A stretch of DNA of 64,000 nt from Syntrophales bacterium. GTDB taxonomy: Bacteria; Desulfobacterota; Syntrophia; Syntrophales; JADFWA01. The notes under the pieces are model-generated. The model did not search any database, had not been told where the DNA came from, and saw nothing but the letters and a program-made list of their open reading frames with translations. The DNA is taken from NCBI GenBank assembly GCA_030655775.1, contig JAUSPI010000213.1, positions 263 through 64,262 of the forward strand. Direction: 5' to 3'. The position numbers and the translations under genes were made by a program. Position 1 is the first letter of the stretch. Every line of letters starts with the position of its first letter. Shown here piece by piece: positions 25,773 through 40,217 of this stretch.

Positions 25773-28700
25773 ATGGACGGGTTTAGAAAAAATTTTGGTC
25801 GTATTAAAAAAATAGTTGATATCCCAAATCTTATTGATATCCAGACAAAGTCATATGAGAAGTTCCTCCAGAGGGATATAATTCCCGACGAGAGGGATAA
25901 TTCGGGTCTGCAGGGTACCTTTAAGAGTGTTTTCCCCATTTCGGATTTCAGCGGTCAGTGTTCTTTGGAATTTGTAAGTTACAAAATAGGGGATGTCAGA
26001 TACGATGTGAAAGAGTGCCTTCAGAAGGGCATGACCTATGCGGCTCCTCTGAAGATTGTGGTTAGGCTTGTTGTTTTTGATGTTGACCGGGATAGTGAGC
26101 GAAAGACAATCAGGGATATCAAGGAACAGGAGATTTACTTTGGTGAGATACCATTGATGACAGATAATGGCACTTTTATTGTCAATGGTACGGAGCGGGT
26201 TATAGTCAGCCAGCTTCACAGATCCCCCGGTATCTTTTTTGATCATGACAAGGGCAAGACACATACAAGCGGAAAACTAATATATTCAGCAAGGATTATT
26301 CCAATCAGGGGTTCCTGGCTCGATCTTGAATTTGATTCCAAGGATTTTCTTTATGTTAGGATAGACAGAAGAAGAAAAATGCCCGTGACTATCCTTTTGA
26401 AGGCTATGGGAAACTCTACCCAGGATCTGCTTGGCTATTTTCATAATATTGAAAAAGTATTTCTGGAGGATGGCCAGGCTTTTATGGCGGTGGATGAGTT
26501 TCTCGTTGATGAGAGAGCCCCGGAAGATATTAAGGATAAAAAGACCGGTGAAGTTGTCGTAAAAAAGGGCAGGAAAATATCGAAAGCGGCTTTGAAAAAA
26601 CTCGCGGGATTAAATATAGGTCGAATGTCGATAAGTGATGAAGTCCTTGTTGGAAAGATGCTCTCATCGGACGTATTGGATCCTGAAACAGAAGAGGTTT
26701 TATTGCACTGCAATAGCGAATTGACTGTGGAAGGGTTGGAATTAGTTCGAGAAAAAGGGGTCAGGGAACTACGGGTTATTAGTCTTGACGAAGATGGAAT
26801 AAGTTCTGCCATGAGGGATACTTTCCTGATTGATAAGGTTGAGACGGAAGAAGACGCGATAATTGAAATATACAGGAGACTCCGACCAAGCAATCCACCC
26901 ACTCTGGAAACGGCACGCAGGTTTTTCAATAGTCTCTTTTTCAATCCTGATAGCTATAATCTTTCTAATGTGGGCAGAGCCAAGATGAATTATAAACTTG
27001 GCCTGGATGTCCCTACGGATGTAACGGTGTTACGGAATGAGGATATTCTGAAGGCAGTTAAATATCTTATTGATCTCAAGAATGGAGTGGGAGATTGCAG
27101 TATTGATGACATTGATCATTTAGGTAACAGAAGGGCCAGATCTGTTGGAGAACTTATCGAAAATCAGTACAGGATAGGCTTGGTCAGAATGGAGCGGGCC
27201 ATTAAAGAGAAGATGAGTCTTCAGGATGTGGAAACCATGATGCCCCATGATTTAATAAATGCTAAACCTGTTTTGGCCGTTGTTAATGAGTTTTTTGGGA
27301 GTAGTCAGTTGTCACAGTTTATGGATCAGACGAATCCGCTTTCAGAAGTTACGCACAAAAGGAGGTTATCCGCCCTTGGCCCAGGGGGACTTACCAGGGA
27401 GCGGGCGGGCTTTGAAGTGAGAGATGTGCATTCATCTCACTATGGCCGGATATGTCCTATTGAGACCCCCGAGGGGCCAAATATAGGCCTTATTGTTTCT
27501 CTTAGTACCTACGCAAGGGTGAACGAATTCGGTTTTATAGAAACTCCGTACAGGGTGGTAAGAAACGGGAAAGTCTCGAATGATATTGAATACTTGACAG
27601 CAATGGAGGAAGAAAAATTTATTATCGCCGAGGCGGATACCCCTCTCGATTCAAGGGGAAGCTTTAAGGATAAGCTTATCTCTTCGAGGAGGGGGGAGGA
27701 CTTTGTCATGGCCATGCCTGATGAAGTTGAGCTTATGGATGTATCTCCCAATCAACTTGTAAGTGTTGCCGCAGGACTTATCCCCTTCTTGGAACATGAT
27801 GATGCCAACCGTGCCCTGATGGGTTCCAATATGCAGCGACAGGCGGTTCCGCTTGTAAAACCTGAATATCCTCTTGTGGGTACGGGGATGGAGTCAGTTA
27901 TTGCGCGGGATTCTGGTGCTGTTATTATAGCTAAAAGGTCTGGCGTTGTGAAGAGCGTTGATGCGTCAAGGATTGTAATTGAATGTGATAATGAGGGGGA
28001 AACCCAGTTTGATACAGGAGTTGATATATATAACCTGACCAAGTTTCAGCGTTCAAATCAGGATACATGTTTCAATCATAAGGCTATTGTAAACGTAGGA
28101 GATAGAGCAGACAGAGGAGCGGTGATAGCCGATGGGCCTGCAACCAATAATGGAGAACTGGCACTGGGGAGAAACGTCATGGTCGCCTTTATGTCCTGGG
28201 GAGGATATAATTATGAAGACTCTATCTTGATCAGTGAAAGAGTGGTGAAAGAGGACATTTATACGTCTATACATATTGAAGAATTTGACACGGTCGCCAG
28301 GGACACTAAATTGGGCAAGGAGGAAATCACCAGAGATATTCCCAATGTAGGGGAGGAAACCCTGCGGAATCTGGATGAAAGCGGGATGGTTCGTATAGGA
28401 GTATCGGTGAAACCAGGAGATGTTCTGGTCGGTAAGATTACCCCAAAAGGGGAAACACAACTGTCTCCGGAGGAAAAACTGCTTCGGGCCATATTCGGCG
28501 AGAAGGCCGGCGATGTCAGGGACACATCTCTGCGTGTTCCCCCTGGAGTTGAGGGTATAGTTATAGATGCAAAGACATTTACCCGTAAGGGGACGGAGAA
28601 AGATCGCAGATCGCAAATTATAGAAGACGAAGAGATAGGACGTTTACTCAAGGACAGAGATGATGAAATCAGGATTATTGCCGATAATGTTAAGCGGGAG

Positions 28701-29870
28701 ATTTCAAGCTTACTCATCGGAAAGACTTCTGCAACGAAGCTGGTTGATCCTAAAAAGAAAAAGAGATTTTTAAAAAAGGGAGAAGAGATTACCGGAGAAG
28801 TCCTGGAGATTATACCATTTAGTCTCTGGAAGGAAATATCGCTGTTAGAAGAAGATGTGTTGAATGAGAAGATAGAAAGTATCTTTGTGAATTTTTCTAA
28901 AAAAATAGAGTTGGTGGAGGCTTTTTTTGAGGGAAAGATAGATAAATTCAAAACTGGAGATGAACTTTCCCCGGGAGTAATCAAGATGGTTAAGGTTTAT
29001 GTGGCCATAAAAAGGAAGCTTTCTGTTGGTGATAAGATGGCGGGAAGACATGGTAATAAGGGAGTGCTATCCAGGATACTTCCAGAGGAAGACATGCCTT
29101 TTTTTGAGGACGGTACTCCTGTTGATATAGTCTTGAATCCCTTGGGAGTGCCCTCACGTATGAATGTGGGGCAGATCCTCGAGACTCATCTCGGATGGGC
29201 TGCAAAAGAATTGGGAGACAAGATAAATTCTTTGCTAAATATAAAATACAGCATGGATAACCTGAAGAAAGAAGTTAAAGAGATATACGCCTCTCCTCAA
29301 TTTGACGCTTTTATAGATGGGGCGACTGATGAGGAAATCAAGAGATTTGTCGACAGACTTAAGAATGGCATTCCTATGGCGACACCTGTTTTTGATGGTG
29401 CCTGTGAGGATGATATAAAGAATATGCTTAAATTGGCTGATCTTCCGGAAAGTGGCCAGACGATGCTCTTTGATGGCAGGACTGGAGAGCCTTTTGACCA
29501 GGAGGTTACAGTAGGAATGATTTATATGCTGAAGCTTCACCATCTCGTTGACAGTAAGATTCATGCCAGGTCAATTGGGCCTTATTCTCTTGTTACTCAG
29601 CAGCCTCTCGGGGGTAAAGCGCAGTTTGGCGGCCAGAGGTTGGGTGAGATGGAGGTCTGGGCGATGGAGGCCTATGGTGCTGCGTATGCGTTGCAGGAGT
29701 TTCTTACCGTTAAATCGGATGATGTAGCTGGCAGAACAAGAGTATATGAATCCATTGTTAAAGGGGAACATAAATTTGAAGCGGGGATTCCTGAATCCTT
29801 TAATGTTCTCGTCAAGGAATTGCAGGGTCTTTGTCTCGATGTGGAGTTAATTGAGGAAGAGAAGAATTAG
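25773..29870 (+). CDS. rpoB: RNA polymerase beta subunit
   Basis: [40 protein letters not shown]. Confidence 0.99.
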   Translation: MDGFRKNFGRIKKIVDIPNLIDIQTKSYEKFLQRDIIPDERDNSGLQGTFKSVFPISDFSGQCSLEFVSYKIGDVRYDVKECLQKGMTYAAPLKIVVRLVVFDVDRDSERKTIRDIKEQEIYFGEIPLMTDNGTFIVNGTERVIVSQLHRSPGIFFDHDKGKTHTSGKLIYSARIIPIRGSWLDLEFDSKDFLYVRIDRRRKMPVTILLKAMGNSTQDLLGYFHNIEKVFLEDGQAFMAVDEFLVDERAPEDIKDKKTGEVVVKKGRKISKAALKKLAGLNIGRMSISDEVLVGKMLSSDVLDPETEEVLLHCNSELTVEGLELVREKGVRELRVISLDEDGISSAMRDTFLIDKVETEEDAIIEIYRRLRPSNPPTLETARRFFNSLFFNPDSYNLSNVGRAKMNYKLGLDVPTDVTVLRNEDILKAVKYLIDLKNGVGDCSIDDIDHLGNRRARSVGELIENQYRIGLVRMERAIKEKMSLQDVETMMPHDLINAKPVLAVVNEFFGSSQLSQFMDQTNPLSEVTHKRRLSALGPGGLTRERAGFEVRDVHSSHYGRICPIETPEGPNIGLIVSLSTYARVNEFGFIETPYRVVRNGKVSNDIEYLTAMEEEKFIIAEADTPLDSRGSFKDKLISSRRGEDFVMAMPDEVELMDVSPNQLVSVAAGLIPFLEHDDANRALMGSNMQRQAVPLVKPEYPLVGTGMESVIARDSGAVIIAKRSGVVKSVDASRIVIECDNEGETQFDTGVDIYNLTKFQRSNQDTCFNHKAIVNVGDRADRGAVIADGPATNNGELALGRNVMVAFMSWGGYNYEDSILISERVVKEDIYTSIHIEEFDTVARDTKLGKEEITRDIPNVGEETLRNLDESGMVRIGVSVKPGDVLVGKITPKGETQLSPEEKLLRAIFGEKAGDVRDTSLRVPPGVEGIVIDAKTFTRKGTEKDRRSQIIEDEEIGRLLKDRDDEIRIIADNVKREISSLLIGKTSATKLVDPKKKKRFLKKGEEITGEVLEIIPFSLWKEISLLEEDVLNEKIESIFVNFSKKIELVEAFFEGKIDKFKTGDELSPGVIKMVKVYVAIKRKLSVGDKMAGRHGNKGVLSRILPEEDMPFFEDGTPVDIVLNPLGVPSRMNVGQILETHLGWAAKELGDKINSLLNIKYSMDNLKKEVKEIYASPQFDAFIDGATDEEIKRFVDRLKNGIPMATPVFDGACEDDIKNMLKLADLPESGQTMLFDGRTGEPFDQEVTVGMIYMLKLHHLVDSKIHARSIGPYSLVTQQPLGGKAQFGGQRLGEMEVWAMEAYGAAYALQEFLTVKSDDVAGRTRVYESIVKGEHKFEAGIPESFNVLVKELQGLCLDVELIEEEKN

Positions 29871-29963
29871 ATTCCATTAAGACCATTAAATGTGGCCTGC
29901 CGGTCATAGTTAAAAAGTAAAATGAACAGATTCAGGATTGAATCTAATTAGGAGACATGTTCA

Positions 29964-32900
29964 GTGGAAGATATATTCAGTTTTTTTGAAAAGCCGAAGG
30001 ATCCTGTGAGGTTTAATGCAATAAAAATGTCCATTGCCTCGCCGGAGAGGATTCTTTCGTGGTCTCAGGGTGAAGTCAAGAAACCTGAGACAATAAACTA
30101 CAGGACATTCAAGCCGGAAAAGGATGGACTTTTTTGCGCGAAGATATTCGGTCCGGTTAAGGATTACGAATGCCTCTGTGGCAGATATAAAAGGATGAAA
30201 CACAGAGGGGTTGTCTGTGAAAAGTGCGGTGTTGAGGTTATCCAATCAAAGGTTCGCAGAGAAAGAATGGGACATATAACCTTATCAGCACCTGTAGCCC
30301 ATATCTGGTTTCTGAAGAGTCTTCCCAGCCGAATAGGTAATGTACTCGATTTGACGCTTAAGGAACTGGAGAGAGTGCTCTATTTTGAATGCTGGATCGT
30401 GTTGGATCCTAAAGACACGCCTTTGAAAAAGAAGGAAATACTTTCTGAGGAGAGTTATGCGGAATTGAAGGAGGAGTATGGCCCGGACGCCTTTGAGGCA
30501 GGGATAGGCGCTGAAGCTGTTAGAAAACTTCTGGAAGAAGTTGACATAGATGGATTGGATGAAGAACTCAGATTAGAATTAAAAGCAGCAACATCTGAAA
30601 CCAAAAAGAAGAAGTTATTAAAGAGGCTAAAAGTTGTTGAAGCACTTAGGAAATCGGGAAATAAACCAGAATGGATGATTCTGACAGCTTTACCGGTAAT
30701 TCCTCCAGAGCTCCGGCCTCTGGTTCCCCTGGATGGCGGCCGTTTTGCCACGTCTGATCTCAACGATCTTTACAGAAGGGTTATTAACAGGAACAACCGC
30801 CTGAAACGTTTGCAGGAACTCTCTGCACCGGAAATTATCATAAGAAACGAGAAAAGGATGCTTCAGGAATCTGTAGACGTCCTCTTTGACAATGGCAGGA
30901 GAGGAAGGGCCATTACCGGTTCCAACAAGAGACCTCTTAGATCACTGTCGGATATGCTGAAGGGGAAGCAGGGAAGGTTTAGACAGAATCTCCTCGGCAA
31001 GAGGGTTGATTACTCAGGAAGATCCGTTATTACTGTAGGACCCGACCTTAGATTGCATCAATGTGGACTTCCTAAAAAGATGGCGTTGGAGCTCTTCAAG
31101 CCATTCATTTACAACAGGCTCCAGGAGAGGGGTTATGTTACCACCGTGAAGAGCGCTAAAAGGATGGTTGAAAGGGAGACCCCGGAGGTATGGGATGCAT
31201 TAGATGAAGTTGTCCGTGAATATCCCGTTATACTTAATAGAGCCCCGACTTTACACAGGCTTGGCATGCAGGCTTTTGAACCTGTGCTTATAGAAGGAAA
31301 GGCGATACAGCTTCATCCTCTGGTCTGCCCCGCATTCAATGCTGATTTCGATGGTGACCAGATGGCAGTGCATGTACCTTTATCTATCGAAGCACAAACA
31401 GAAGCCAGGGTTCTTATGATGTCGACAAATAACATTCTCTCACCGGCTAATGGTAAACCGATTATTGTTCCCGGTCAGGATATTGTCCTCGGGATTTATT
31501 ATCTGACCAGGTCCCAAGACCGTGTTATGGGAGAGGGAATGATCTTTTCAGGTACCGACGAGGTGAGAAATGCCTTTGATTCCGGTGTGATTGATCTTCA
31601 TGCGAAGATTAAAGTTAGAATTGGGGGAACGCTAACGGATACAACGACAGGTAGAGTTTTACTTTATGAAATTGTTCCTGAAGAAATTCCCTTTGATATC
31701 ATTAATAAAGTTATGAGCAAGAGAATGTTGGCAGACCTTATTGATTATTGTTACAGGTCTTGTGGGGATAAGGTAACGGTTTTGCTGGCGGATAGATTGA
31801 AGGATCTTGGGTTCAAGGTCGCTACGATGTCTGGTGCGTCTTTTGCGGTTGATAATATGATGATACCTTCCAGTAAAAAGGAGATTGTTGCAAAAGCTGA
31901 CCATGATGTTTTGGAAATTCAGAAACAGTACATGGACGGTCTTATTACAGATGGAGAACGTTATAACAAAGTCATAGACATCTGGGCTCAGGCTACTGAG
32001 AAGGTTGCTGCTGAGATGCTCGGATGTATCGGAACGAAAGAGGTGATAGGGCCGGATAATGAAAAGATAAAAATAAAAAGCTTTAATCCTATTTATATGA
32101 TGGCTGATTCGGGTGCGAGGGGAAGTGCTGCGCAGATAAGACAGCTTGCAGGTATGAGAGGGTTAATGGCGAAACCATCCGGTGAGATTATTGAGACGCC
32201 GATTACTGCAAATTTCAGGGAAGGTCTATCTGTTCTCCAATATTTTATTTCTACACACGGTGCCAGGAAAGGTCTTGCTGATACTGCACTTAAGACGGCA
32301 AATTCCGGGTATCTTACCAGGAGACTTGTCGATGTGGCTCAGGACTGTATTATTACTGAAGAAGATTGTGGAACGATCGATGGCATCTATGTTTCTGCTC
32401 TATCGGAAGGCGGGGAGATAATAGAAGCTGCCGGTGAGCGTGTTCTGGGGAGGGTTGCCTTGGATGATATCAAGGATCCTTTTACAGCAGAAATCATAGT
32501 GAAGGCGAATCAGGAAATTGAAGAAGCGCTCGTCGATAAAATTGACCGGGCAGGTATAGAGAGGATCAAAATACGATCCGTTCTGACGTGCAAGTCAAAA
32601 CAGGGAGTATGTGCCCGGTGTTACGGTCGGGATCTTTCCCATGGACACTTGGTGAATATTGGTGAAACGGTCGGTATTATTGCAGCCCAATCTATTGGTG
32701 AACCTGGAACCCAGCTGACTATGCGAACTTTTCATATTGGCGGTACCGCAAAGTTTGAGGAACACTCTACCCTGGAGGCGAGGCATTCGGGTACCATAAA
32801 ATTCGTCGATCTCAATACGGTTAAGGGCAAAGAAAAACAGCTTGTGGTGATGAACAGAAGCGGAGAAATCCATGTCCTGGATGAGAAACAGAGAAGCCGT

Positions 32901-34100
32901 GGTAGATATCCTGTTCCATATGGGGCACACGTAAAGGTGGATGATGGTTATGAGATAAAAGAAGGAGAACTGATTGCACAATGGGATCCCTTTTCAATAC
33001 CAATTCTTTCAGAGGTTGATGGAACAATTAAGTTCGGAGATATTGTTGAAGGGGTGACCATGAAGGAACAGGTTGATACGGTGACCGGTCTTTCCAGAAA
33101 AGTTGTTGTTGAATCTAAGGATTCAAATTTACGTCCGAGGATTTCGTTAAAAGATAAAGACGGAAAAACGGTTAAGCTGCCGGGAACGAATGCAATTGCA
33201 AGGTACCAACTTTCGGTTGGCGTAAACATTGTTGTGTCGGAAGGTCAGCAGGTAAAGGCAGGTGACATTATTACAAAGGTTCCCAGAGAGACCACAAAGA
33301 CAAAGGATATTACCGGTGGTCTTCCCAGGGTGGCGGAGCTTTTTGAAGCGAGAAAACCGAAGGAATATGCTGTAATAACGGAAATTGACGGGGTGGTTTC
33401 GTTCGGTAAAGATGTAAAGGGAAAAAGAAAGGTTGTTATAGCCCCTGATGTTGGTGATAAAAGAGAATACCTGATTTCCAAGGGAAAACATATAAGTGTA
33501 CAGGAAGGTGACAGGGTTGTGGCCGGTGAACCTCTGATGGGTGGTGCGCAAAACCCCCATGATCTTCTTGCTATTAAAGGAGAAAAAGAATTAGCCAGGT
33601 ACTTAGTTGATGAAGTGCAAGAAGTTTATAGGCTACAGGGCGTCAAAATTAATGACAAACACATAGAAATTATTGTGCGCCAGATGCTTCGCAGAATTAA
33701 AGTAACAAAACCGGGCGATACATCTTTCCTTACGGATGAGCAGGTGGAAAAACATCTATTCGAGGAAGAAAATGAAAAAGTTATAGCCCAGGAAGGTAAC
33801 CCGGCTATAGGTGAGCCGGTTCTTTTGGGGATTACCAAGGCATCTCTGAGTACAGGGAGCTTTATTTCGGCAGCGTCTTTTCAGGAGACGACACGCGTTC
33901 TTACAGAGGCCAGCCTGTCCGGGAGAGTGGATTATCTCAGGGGGCTCAAGGAAAATGTTATAATGGGGAGGTTAATCCCGGCGGGAACAGGTGTTGGCGT
34001 GTATAGGAAATTAGGGATCGCAACTGAAGTTGAGGATGAGTTAGAACAAATAACCGAAAAAGTAGATAAGAAAACACTTGACATGCAAGTTGCTAATTGA
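29964..34100 (+). CDS. rpoC: RNA polymerase beta' subunit
   Basis: [45 protein letters not shown]. Confidence 0.99.
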   Translation: MEDIFSFFEKPKDPVRFNAIKMSIASPERILSWSQGEVKKPETINYRTFKPEKDGLFCAKIFGPVKDYECLCGRYKRMKHRGVVCEKCGVEVIQSKVRRERMGHITLSAPVAHIWFLKSLPSRIGNVLDLTLKELERVLYFECWIVLDPKDTPLKKKEILSEESYAELKEEYGPDAFEAGIGAEAVRKLLEEVDIDGLDEELRLELKAATSETKKKKLLKRLKVVEALRKSGNKPEWMILTALPVIPPELRPLVPLDGGRFATSDLNDLYRRVINRNNRLKRLQELSAPEIIIRNEKRMLQESVDVLFDNGRRGRAITGSNKRPLRSLSDMLKGKQGRFRQNLLGKRVDYSGRSVITVGPDLRLHQCGLPKKMALELFKPFIYNRLQERGYVTTVKSAKRMVERETPEVWDALDEVVREYPVILNRAPTLHRLGMQAFEPVLIEGKAIQLHPLVCPAFNADFDGDQMAVHVPLSIEAQTEARVLMMSTNNILSPANGKPIIVPGQDIVLGIYYLTRSQDRVMGEGMIFSGTDEVRNAFDSGVIDLHAKIKVRIGGTLTDTTTGRVLLYEIVPEEIPFDIINKVMSKRMLADLIDYCYRSCGDKVTVLLADRLKDLGFKVATMSGASFAVDNMMIPSSKKEIVAKADHDVLEIQKQYMDGLITDGERYNKVIDIWAQATEKVAAEMLGCIGTKEVIGPDNEKIKIKSFNPIYMMADSGARGSAAQIRQLAGMRGLMAKPSGEIIETPITANFREGLSVLQYFISTHGARKGLADTALKTANSGYLTRRLVDVAQDCIITEEDCGTIDGIYVSALSEGGEIIEAAGERVLGRVALDDIKDPFTAEIIVKANQEIEEALVDKIDRAGIERIKIRSVLTCKSKQGVCARCYGRDLSHGHLVNIGETVGIIAAQSIGEPGTQLTMRTFHIGGTAKFEEHSTLEARHSGTIKFVDLNTVKGKEKQLVVMNRSGEIHVLDEKQRSRGRYPVPYGAHVKVDDGYEIKEGELIAQWDPFSIPILSEVDGTIKFGDIVEGVTMKEQVDTVTGLSRKVVVESKDSNLRPRISLKDKDGKTVKLPGTNAIARYQLSVGVNIVVSEGQQVKAGDIITKVPRETTKTKDITGGLPRVAELFEARKPKEYAVITEIDGVVSFGKDVKGKRKVVIAPDVGDKREYLISKGKHISVQEGDRVVAGEPLMGGAQNPHDLLAIKGEKELARYLVDEVQEVYRLQGVKINDKHIEIIVRQMLRRIKVTKPGDTSFLTDEQVEKHLFEEENEKVIAQEGNPAIGEPVLLGITKASLSTGSFISAASFQETTRVLTEASLSGRVDYLRGLKENVIMGRLIPAGTGVGVYRKLGIATEVEDELEQITEKVDKKTLDMQVAN

Positions 34101-34150
34101 TAGAAAACCAAGCTTTACCTTTATATAAGTTGTTAACCGATGGGGGGATG

Positions 34151-34522
34151 ATGCCTACAATAAATCAGCTGGTTCGTAAAGGTCGGACGAAGATAAAAAA
34201 GAAAGTCACAACACCTGCGCTTGCCGGTTGTCCACAGAGAAGAGGAGTCTGCATCAGGGTTTATACTTCAACACCTAAGAAACCTAATTCTGCATTGAGA
34301 AAAGTGGCAAGGGTGCGTCTTACCAGTGGCTACGAGGTGACCTCATATATACCGGGAATGGGACATAATCTCCAGGAGCACTCTGTTGTCCTTGTAAGGG
34401 GAGGCAGGGTCAAGGATCTTCCCGGGGTTAGGTATCAGGTAATAAGGGGCACACTCGATACCATGGGTGTCCAGGACAGGAAAACAAGTAGATCGAAATA
34501 CGGAGTCAAAAAACCAGGTTAA
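34151..34522 (+). CDS. rpsL: 30S ribosomal protein S12
   Basis: [39 protein letters not shown]. Confidence 0.99.
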   Translation: MPTINQLVRKGRTKIKKKVTTPALAGCPQRRGVCIRVYTSTPKKPNSALRKVARVRLTSGYEVTSYIPGMGHNLQEHSVVLVRGGRVKDLPGVRYQVIRGTLDTMGVQDRKTSRSKYGVKKPG

Positions 34523-34541
34523 TCTTTGGGAGTAGTAATAA

Positions 34542-35012
34542 ATGCCGAGAAGAAGAGAGATAGCAAAGAGAGAAATTCTGCCGGATTCCAAGTATAATAG
34601 TGAACTCGTGGCAAAATTCGTTAACAATCTGTTATCGAAAGGGAAAAAGAGTATTGCCGAATCTATCCTCTATGGAGCTTTTGATATTATTGAAGAGAAG
34701 ACAAAAGACTTGCCTATCGAAGTTTTTGAGAAGGCTGTAAATAATGTAAAACCTGTTATAGAAGTAAAATCGAGGCGGGTAGGAGGATCCACTTATCAGG
34801 TGCCGACGGAAGTACGACAGGTCAGAAGAGTTTCTCTGGGGATTAAGTGGTTGATAGATAATGCAAGAAAACGTGCCGGTAAAAGCATGAAAGAGAAGTT
34901 AGCTGCCGAACTGATAGATGCCGCCAATGGCAGAGGAGCCACTGTCAAAAAGAAAGAGGATGTCCACAAAATGGCTGAGGCAAATAAAGCCTTTGCTCAT
35001 TACAGGTTTTAA
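34542..35012 (+). CDS. rpsG: 30S ribosomal protein S7
   Basis: [34 protein letters not shown]. Confidence 0.99.
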   Translation: MPRRREIAKREILPDSKYNSELVAKFVNNLLSKGKKSIAESILYGAFDIIEEKTKDLPIEVFEKAVNNVKPVIEVKSRRVGGSTYQVPTEVRQVRRVSLGIKWLIDNARKRAGKSMKEKLAAELIDAANGRGATVKKKEDVHKMAEANKAFAHYRF

Positions 35013-35028
35013 GTGGCGGTGAATTGAA

Positions 35029-37104
35029 TTGGCACGTGTAGTTCCCTTAAATCATATTCGTAATATCGGCATTATGGCTCATATAGATGCCGGGAAAACC
35101 ACTACGACAGAGCGGATATTATATTATACCCAGGAATCCTATAAAATGGGAGAAGTTCATGATGGTACGGCCGTCATGGACTGGATGGAGCAGGAACAGG
35201 AAAGAGGTATTACGATAACCTCTGCGGCAACTACATGTACCTGGGCAAATAGTCAAATAAATATAATAGATACGCCGGGTCATGTTGATTTTACGGCAGA
35301 AGTTGAAAGATCTTTGAGAATTTTAGATGGTGCTGTTACGCTTTTCTGTGCTGTGGGTGGTGTAGAACCTCAGTCAGAGGCTGTCTGGAGGCAAGCCGAT
35401 AGATACCGTGTTCCACGTATCGCATTTGTCAATAAGATGGACAGAGTCGGCGCGGATTTTATTAAGGTTGTTTCAGCCATCAGAGAGAGGCTCGGTACGA
35501 ATCCACTTCCGATACAGCTTCCGATAGGAGGAGAAAGTAAATTCAGGGGGATTGTTGACCTTGTCCGCATGCGGGCTGTTATCTATGACGAAGATTCACT
35601 GGGAAGTAATTTTAGCGTGGAAGAAATTCCACCTGAGATGGTAGATACCGCCGGTGAGTATAGAGAAAAACTCATTGAGTGCCTTGCCGATTATGACGAG
35701 GGCTTGATGAAGAAATATTTGGATGAAGAAGCTCTTTCACATGAAGAAATAGCAAAAGTTATTAGAGAAGCAACCCTGTCTTTAAAAGTAATACCGGTTT
35801 TATGTGGCTCTGCGTTTAAGAACAAGGGTGTTCAGCCTCTTCTGGATGCGGTGGTAGATTTTCTTCCATCCCCCTTGGACAGACCTACGGTGGTGGGAAA
35901 GGATGTGGATGGAAGGGATGTAGAAAGGACCGCCAGTGATGATTCGCCATTTTCGGCTCTTGTCTTCAAGATTGTAACCGATCCATTTGTTGGTCAATTG
36001 ACATACTTCAGAGTTTATTCCGGCGTTTTGAGAGCGGGCTCTAATGTGTATAATGCCTCGACAATGAGGAAAGAGAGAATTGGACGACTGCTCAAAATGC
36101 ATGCCGATAAAAGAGAAGAGATCAAGGAAGTTCGCACCGGTGATATTGCTGCAGCAGTTGGGTTGGATTCATCCACTACGGGTGATACGATAACCGATAC
36201 TGGTCATCCGTTGAGACTTGAAACGCTTGAATTTCCGGAGCCGGTTATCGCTATAGCAATAGAGCCTAAAACGAAGGCAGATGAAGAGAAGCTGGGTGAT
36301 GCTCTGCGGAAGATTACTCGGGAGGATCCTTCCTTTAAGGTGAAACTGGATAGAGAGACCGGGCAGACGCTGATTTCCGGGATGGGGGAATTACATCTCG
36401 AAATTATTGTTGACAGGCTTTCCAGGGAGTTTGGTCTCGGGGCAAATATCGGCAGTCCACAGGTAGCTTACAAAGAAACGATCCGAAAAAATGTCAGATC
36501 TGAAGGGAAGTTTGTGAAACAGTCCGGAGGCAGAGGGCAATATGGTCATGTGTGGCTGGAGATTGAACCTGGTGAAATTGGGCAGGGTTTTGAATTCCGG
36601 AATAAAATTGTTGGGGGTGTTATTCCGCGAGAATATATACCGGCAGTAGAAAAAGGAATTGTTGAGGCAATGGAAAATGGAATACTCGCTGGTTTTCCCG
36701 TTGTTGATGTGGTAGTAAGCCTGGTTGACGGATCTTTTCATGAAGTTGATTCATCGGAAGTGGCATTTAAGATGGCCGGTTCAATAGGATTTAAAAATGG
36801 CGTGAAAAGGGCTCATCCGGTGCTTCTGGAACCGATTATGTCTGTTGAAATAATAGTTCCTAAGGAATATATGGGAGATGTGATCGGCAATCTTGGTTCC
36901 AGGAGAGGAAAGATTGTCAGTATTGAATCGAGACCGGATTCAGAAGCGATACATGCAGAGGTTCCTCTGGCTGAGATGTTTGGCTATGCAACTGATCTGC
37001 GATCTAAAACTCAGGGAAGGGCTACCTATACGATGCAATTACTTAATTATAACACGGTGTCTGAGGGGTTAGCGAAAGATATAATTGAGGAAAAGTTAAA
37101 TTGA
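35029..37104 (+). CDS. fusA: Elongation factor G
   Basis: [42 protein letters not shown]; TTG start. Confidence 0.98.
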   Translation: MARVVPLNHIRNIGIMAHIDAGKTTTTERILYYTQESYKMGEVHDGTAVMDWMEQEQERGITITSAATTCTWANSQINIIDTPGHVDFTAEVERSLRILDGAVTLFCAVGGVEPQSEAVWRQADRYRVPRIAFVNKMDRVGADFIKVVSAIRERLGTNPLPIQLPIGGESKFRGIVDLVRMRAVIYDEDSLGSNFSVEEIPPEMVDTAGEYREKLIECLADYDEGLMKKYLDEEALSHEEIAKVIREATLSLKVIPVLCGSAFKNKGVQPLLDAVVDFLPSPLDRPTVVGKDVDGRDVERTASDDSPFSALVFKIVTDPFVGQLTYFRVYSGVLRAGSNVYNASTMRKERIGRLLKMHADKREEIKEVRTGDIAAAVGLDSSTTGDTITDTGHPLRLETLEFPEPVIAIAIEPKTKADEEKLGDALRKITREDPSFKVKLDRETGQTLISGMGELHLEIIVDRLSREFGLGANIGSPQVAYKETIRKNVRSEGKFVKQSGGRGQYGHVWLEIEPGEIGQGFEFRNKIVGGVIPREYIPAVEKGIVEAMENGILAGFPVVDVVVSLVDGSFHEVDSSEVAFKMAGSIGFKNGVKRAHPVLLEPIMSVEIIVPKEYMGDVIGNLGSRRGKIVSIESRPDSEAIHAEVPLAEMFGYATDLRSKTQGRATYTMQLLNYNTVSEGLAKDIIEEKLN

Positions 37105-37168
37105 CAGAACTTTTAAAAAGTAGGATAATCAAATTAACAATATTTATCTTTAAAAGGGGGTAATGGAG

Positions 37169-38362
37169 ATGGCCAAGAAAAAATTTGCAAGGACGAAACC
37201 GCATGTAAATATAGGAACAATAGGTCATGTGGATCATGGGAAGACAACACTTACCTCTGCAATTACAAAGCATCTGGCCAAAAAAGGGCTTGCAGAATAT
37301 ATGTCTTTCGATGCGATCGATAATGCTCCTGAAGAAAAGGAAAGAGGTGTTACAATTAATATTGCCCATGTGGAGTATGAAACGGCCAAAAGACATTATG
37401 CCCACATTGACTGTCCGGGCCATGCCGACTATATAAAAAATATGATTTCGGGGGCGGCCCACATGGATGGTACCATTCTGGTAGTGGCTGCGTCGGATGG
37501 GCCTATGCCTCAAACGAGAGAACATATCCTCCTTGCAAGGCAGGTTCAGGTTCCATATGTCGTGATTTATATGAACAAGGTTGATCTGGTTGATGATCCG
37601 GAACTGCTTGATCTGGTAGAACTTGAACTGAGGGAACTCCTCACTGAATATGATTTTCCGGGAGATGATATTCCGATTATCAGAGGATCGGCTCTGAAGG
37701 CTCTCGAGAGTGAGGATCCGGACTCTGAAGATGCTAAGTCTATCTGGGAATTGTTGGATGCTGTTGACTCCTACATTCCAGAACCTGTTCGTGATCTGGA
37801 CAAACCGTTTCTAATGCCGATTGGGGATGTTTTCAGTATATCCGGTCGAGGTACCGTAGTTACCGGAAGAGCTGACCGGGGTATTGTCAGGACTGGAGAT
37901 GATGTGGAAATAGTTGGTATCAGGCCTACTTTTAAGACTGTGTGTACCGGTGTCGAGATGTTCCGTAAGACATTAGATGAGGGAAGAGCTGGCGATGATG
38001 TGGGTGTACTCCTTAGGGGTACTAAGCGGGATGAGGTAGAAAGAGGGCAGGTTGTAGCAAAGCCTGGTTCCATTACCCCTCACACAAAATTTAAAGCAGC
38101 GGTTTATATTCTTGCCAAGGAAGAGGGAGGGAGACATACTCCTTTCTTTTCCGGTTATAGACCTCAGTTTTATTTCAGGACAACGGACGTGACGGGCATT
38201 GCTACACTGCCCGAGGGAGTAGAGATGGTCATGCCCGGTGATAATGTAAACATGGAAATTGAACTTATTACTCCTATAGCTATGGAGGAACAACTCAGAT
38301 TTGCTATTCGTGAAGGTGGGAGAACTGTTGGCGCTGGTGTTGTAAGCGAGATTATAGAATAG
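37169..38362 (+). CDS. tuf: Elongation factor Tu
   Basis: [30 protein letters not shown]. Confidence 0.99.
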   Translation: MAKKKFARTKPHVNIGTIGHVDHGKTTLTSAITKHLAKKGLAEYMSFDAIDNAPEEKERGVTINIAHVEYETAKRHYAHIDCPGHADYIKNMISGAAHMDGTILVVAASDGPMPQTREHILLARQVQVPYVVIYMNKVDLVDDPELLDLVELELRELLTEYDFPGDDIPIIRGSALKALESEDPDSEDAKSIWELLDAVDSYIPEPVRDLDKPFLMPIGDVFSISGRGTVVTGRADRGIVRTGDDVEIVGIRPTFKTVCTGVEMFRKTLDEGRAGDDVGVLLRGTKRDEVERGQVVAKPGSITPHTKFKAAVYILAKEEGGRHTPFFSGYRPQFYFRTTDVTGIATLPEGVEMVMPGDNVNMEIELITPIAMEEQLRFAIREGGRTVGAGVVSEIIE

Positions 38363-38460
38363 AGGAAAAGCTCGGCAAACAGTTATCAGATGTAAATAAG
38401 ATTAAGAAAGACAGGGGTTCGTTACTTTTTGTTGAACGCTGGTTGCTGGTAGAGGTATAA

Positions 38461-38769
38461 ATGGAAAATCAAAAAATAAGAATTCGACTAAAAGCTTATG
38501 ATTATAAGTTGCTGGATCGATCTGTTGAAGATATTGTTGGTACGGCAAAAAGAACAGGTGCTCGCGTAGCCGGCCCCATACCTTTGCCTACAGTGATAAA
38601 TAAGTACTGTGTCAACAGATCACCTCACGTTGACAAGAAATCAAGGGAACAATTTGAGATCAGAACGCATAAAAGGCTGATTGATATTATTGAACCTACG
38701 CAGGCGACTGTAGATGCTCTTATGAAGCTGGATCTCTCGGCGGGTGTTGATGTTGAAATAAAATTATAG
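38461..38769 (+). CDS. rpsJ: 30S ribosomal protein S10
   Basis: [23 protein letters not shown]. Confidence 0.99.
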   Translation: MENQKIRIRLKAYDYKLLDRSVEDIVGTAKRTGARVAGPIPLPTVINKYCVNRSPHVDKKSREQFEIRTHKRLIDIIEPTQATVDALMKLDLSAGVDVEIKL

Positions 38770-38937
38770 GAGCATGAAAACGCATAAGGAGATGGATTCT
38801 TCTGAAAATTCGTCTCCTGTTTTTTGTATAATAATACGGCGGAAAGTGTTAAGAGCTTAGAGTTTTTGCATAGTTGTGCAGAGCTTTCGGTCAATACAAT
38901 GCTCGTGTTACAAAGGTTAGGTTAAAGAAGAGTGGTT

Positions 38938-39573
38938 ATGGAAAAGGGACTTATAGGCAGAAAATTAGGCATGACGCAGGTATTTTCAGGAGATGGAATG
39001 GTTATTCCGGTTACAGTTATCGAAATGGGTCCCTGCGTAATTACACAGAAAAAAACCAAAGAAATTGATGGATACGATGCCCTGCAGTTGGGTTTTGGGC
39101 AGAAGAAACAAAAAAACGTTACCAAGCCGATACAAGGACACTTAAAAAAAACAGGCAGTGGTTTTCCCCGGATTTTGAGGGAGTTCAGGATAATGTCCCC
39201 TGAAGGTTATGAAGAAGGTCAAGAGCTGAAAGTTGATATTTTTGAAGTAGGCGACTATGTTGATGTAGTTGGAGTGAGCAAAGGGAGAGGGTTTGCGGGT
39301 GTTGTAAAGAGATATGGTTTTAAAGGGGGTAGAGCTACCCATGGTTCTATGTTTCACAGGGCACCGGGATCTATAGGAGCCAGTGCATATCCTTCAAGGG
39401 TTTTTAAGGGGAAAAAGCTTCCAGGACATATGGGTGATAAGAGAAAAACGATACAAAATCTTGTGGTAGTAGGGATTAGACCGAATGAAAATTTGATACT
39501 GATTAAAGGTTCGGTTCCAGGAAGCAGGAACGGTATTGTTTTGGTTAAGAATTCGATTAAAAAGCATGGTTAA
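38938..39573 (+). CDS. rplC: 50S ribosomal protein L3
   Basis: GRKLGMTQVF, SKGRGFAG, HRAPGSIG. Confidence 0.98.
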   Translation: MEKGLIGRKLGMTQVFSGDGMVIPVTVIEMGPCVITQKKTKEIDGYDALQLGFGQKKQKNVTKPIQGHLKKTGSGFPRILREFRIMSPEGYEEGQELKVDIFEVGDYVDVVGVSKGRGFAGVVKRYGFKGGRATHGSMFHRAPGSIGASAYPSRVFKGKKLPGHMGDKRKTIQNLVVVGIRPNENLILIKGSVPGSRNGIVLVKNSIKKHG

Positions 39574-39593
39574 GCAGGATCTGGAGTGGCAAA

Positions 39594-40217
39594 ATGCCGG
39601 GTTTTAATGTTTATGATATTGAGAAGAACAAGGTTTCTGAAATAGAACTCAGTGATTCTATCTTTGGTGTAGAAATACAGGATGCCCTTATCTACGAGGT
39701 TGTGAAAATGCAGATGGCTGCGAGGCGGCTAGGTACATCCTCGACAAAGGGTAGGAGCGATGTCAGGGGAGGCGGTAGAAAACCTTGGCGGCAGAAAGGG
39801 ACAGGAAGAGCGAGAGCAGGAACTATAAGATCCCCTATCTGGAGGGGTGGTGGGGTCACGTTTGGCCCCAAACCGAGGGATTATTCTTTTAGGGTACCAA
39901 AGAAGATGAGAAGAGCCGCTCTTATGTCTGCCCTGAGCATGAAAGCTAAAGAAGAGAGAATATTGATTCTTAGAGATTTTCCCATGGATGAGATAAAGAC
40001 AAAGAAGTTCAAAGAAGTAATAGATAGATTCGGATTAAAAAGTGCTCTCTTTGTTCTGGATAAATCAAATCCTGTCTTGGAGAAATCTTCAAGAAACCTC
40101 AAAGAAATAAAGATGATGAGAACAGAAGGAGTTAATGTATATGACCTTCTAAAGTATGATAGCCTCGTTTTGTTAGAACCGGCTGTCAAGATGATTGAAG
40201 GAGCAATGCTTTCATAA
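39594..40217 (+). CDS. rplD: 50S ribosomal protein L4
   Basis: [14 protein letters not shown]...GGGVTFGP. Confidence 0.98.
   Translation: MPGFNVYDIEKNKVSEIELSDSIFGVEIQDALIYEVVKMQMAARRLGTSSTKGRSDVRGGGRKPWRQKGTGRARAGTIRSPIWRGGGVTFGPKPRDYSFRVPKKMRRAALMSALSMKAKEERILILRDFPMDEIKTKKFKEVIDRFGLKSALFVLDKSNPVLEKSSRNLKEIKMMRTEGVNVYDLLKYDSLVLLEPAVKMIEGAMLS

Noticed and set aside
35029-37104. fusA as a degenerate EF-G paralogue
   Set aside because: Some divergence ([10 protein letters not shown]-terminus), but G1-G4 motifs, length and str-operon position are canonical; not supportable without an alignment.
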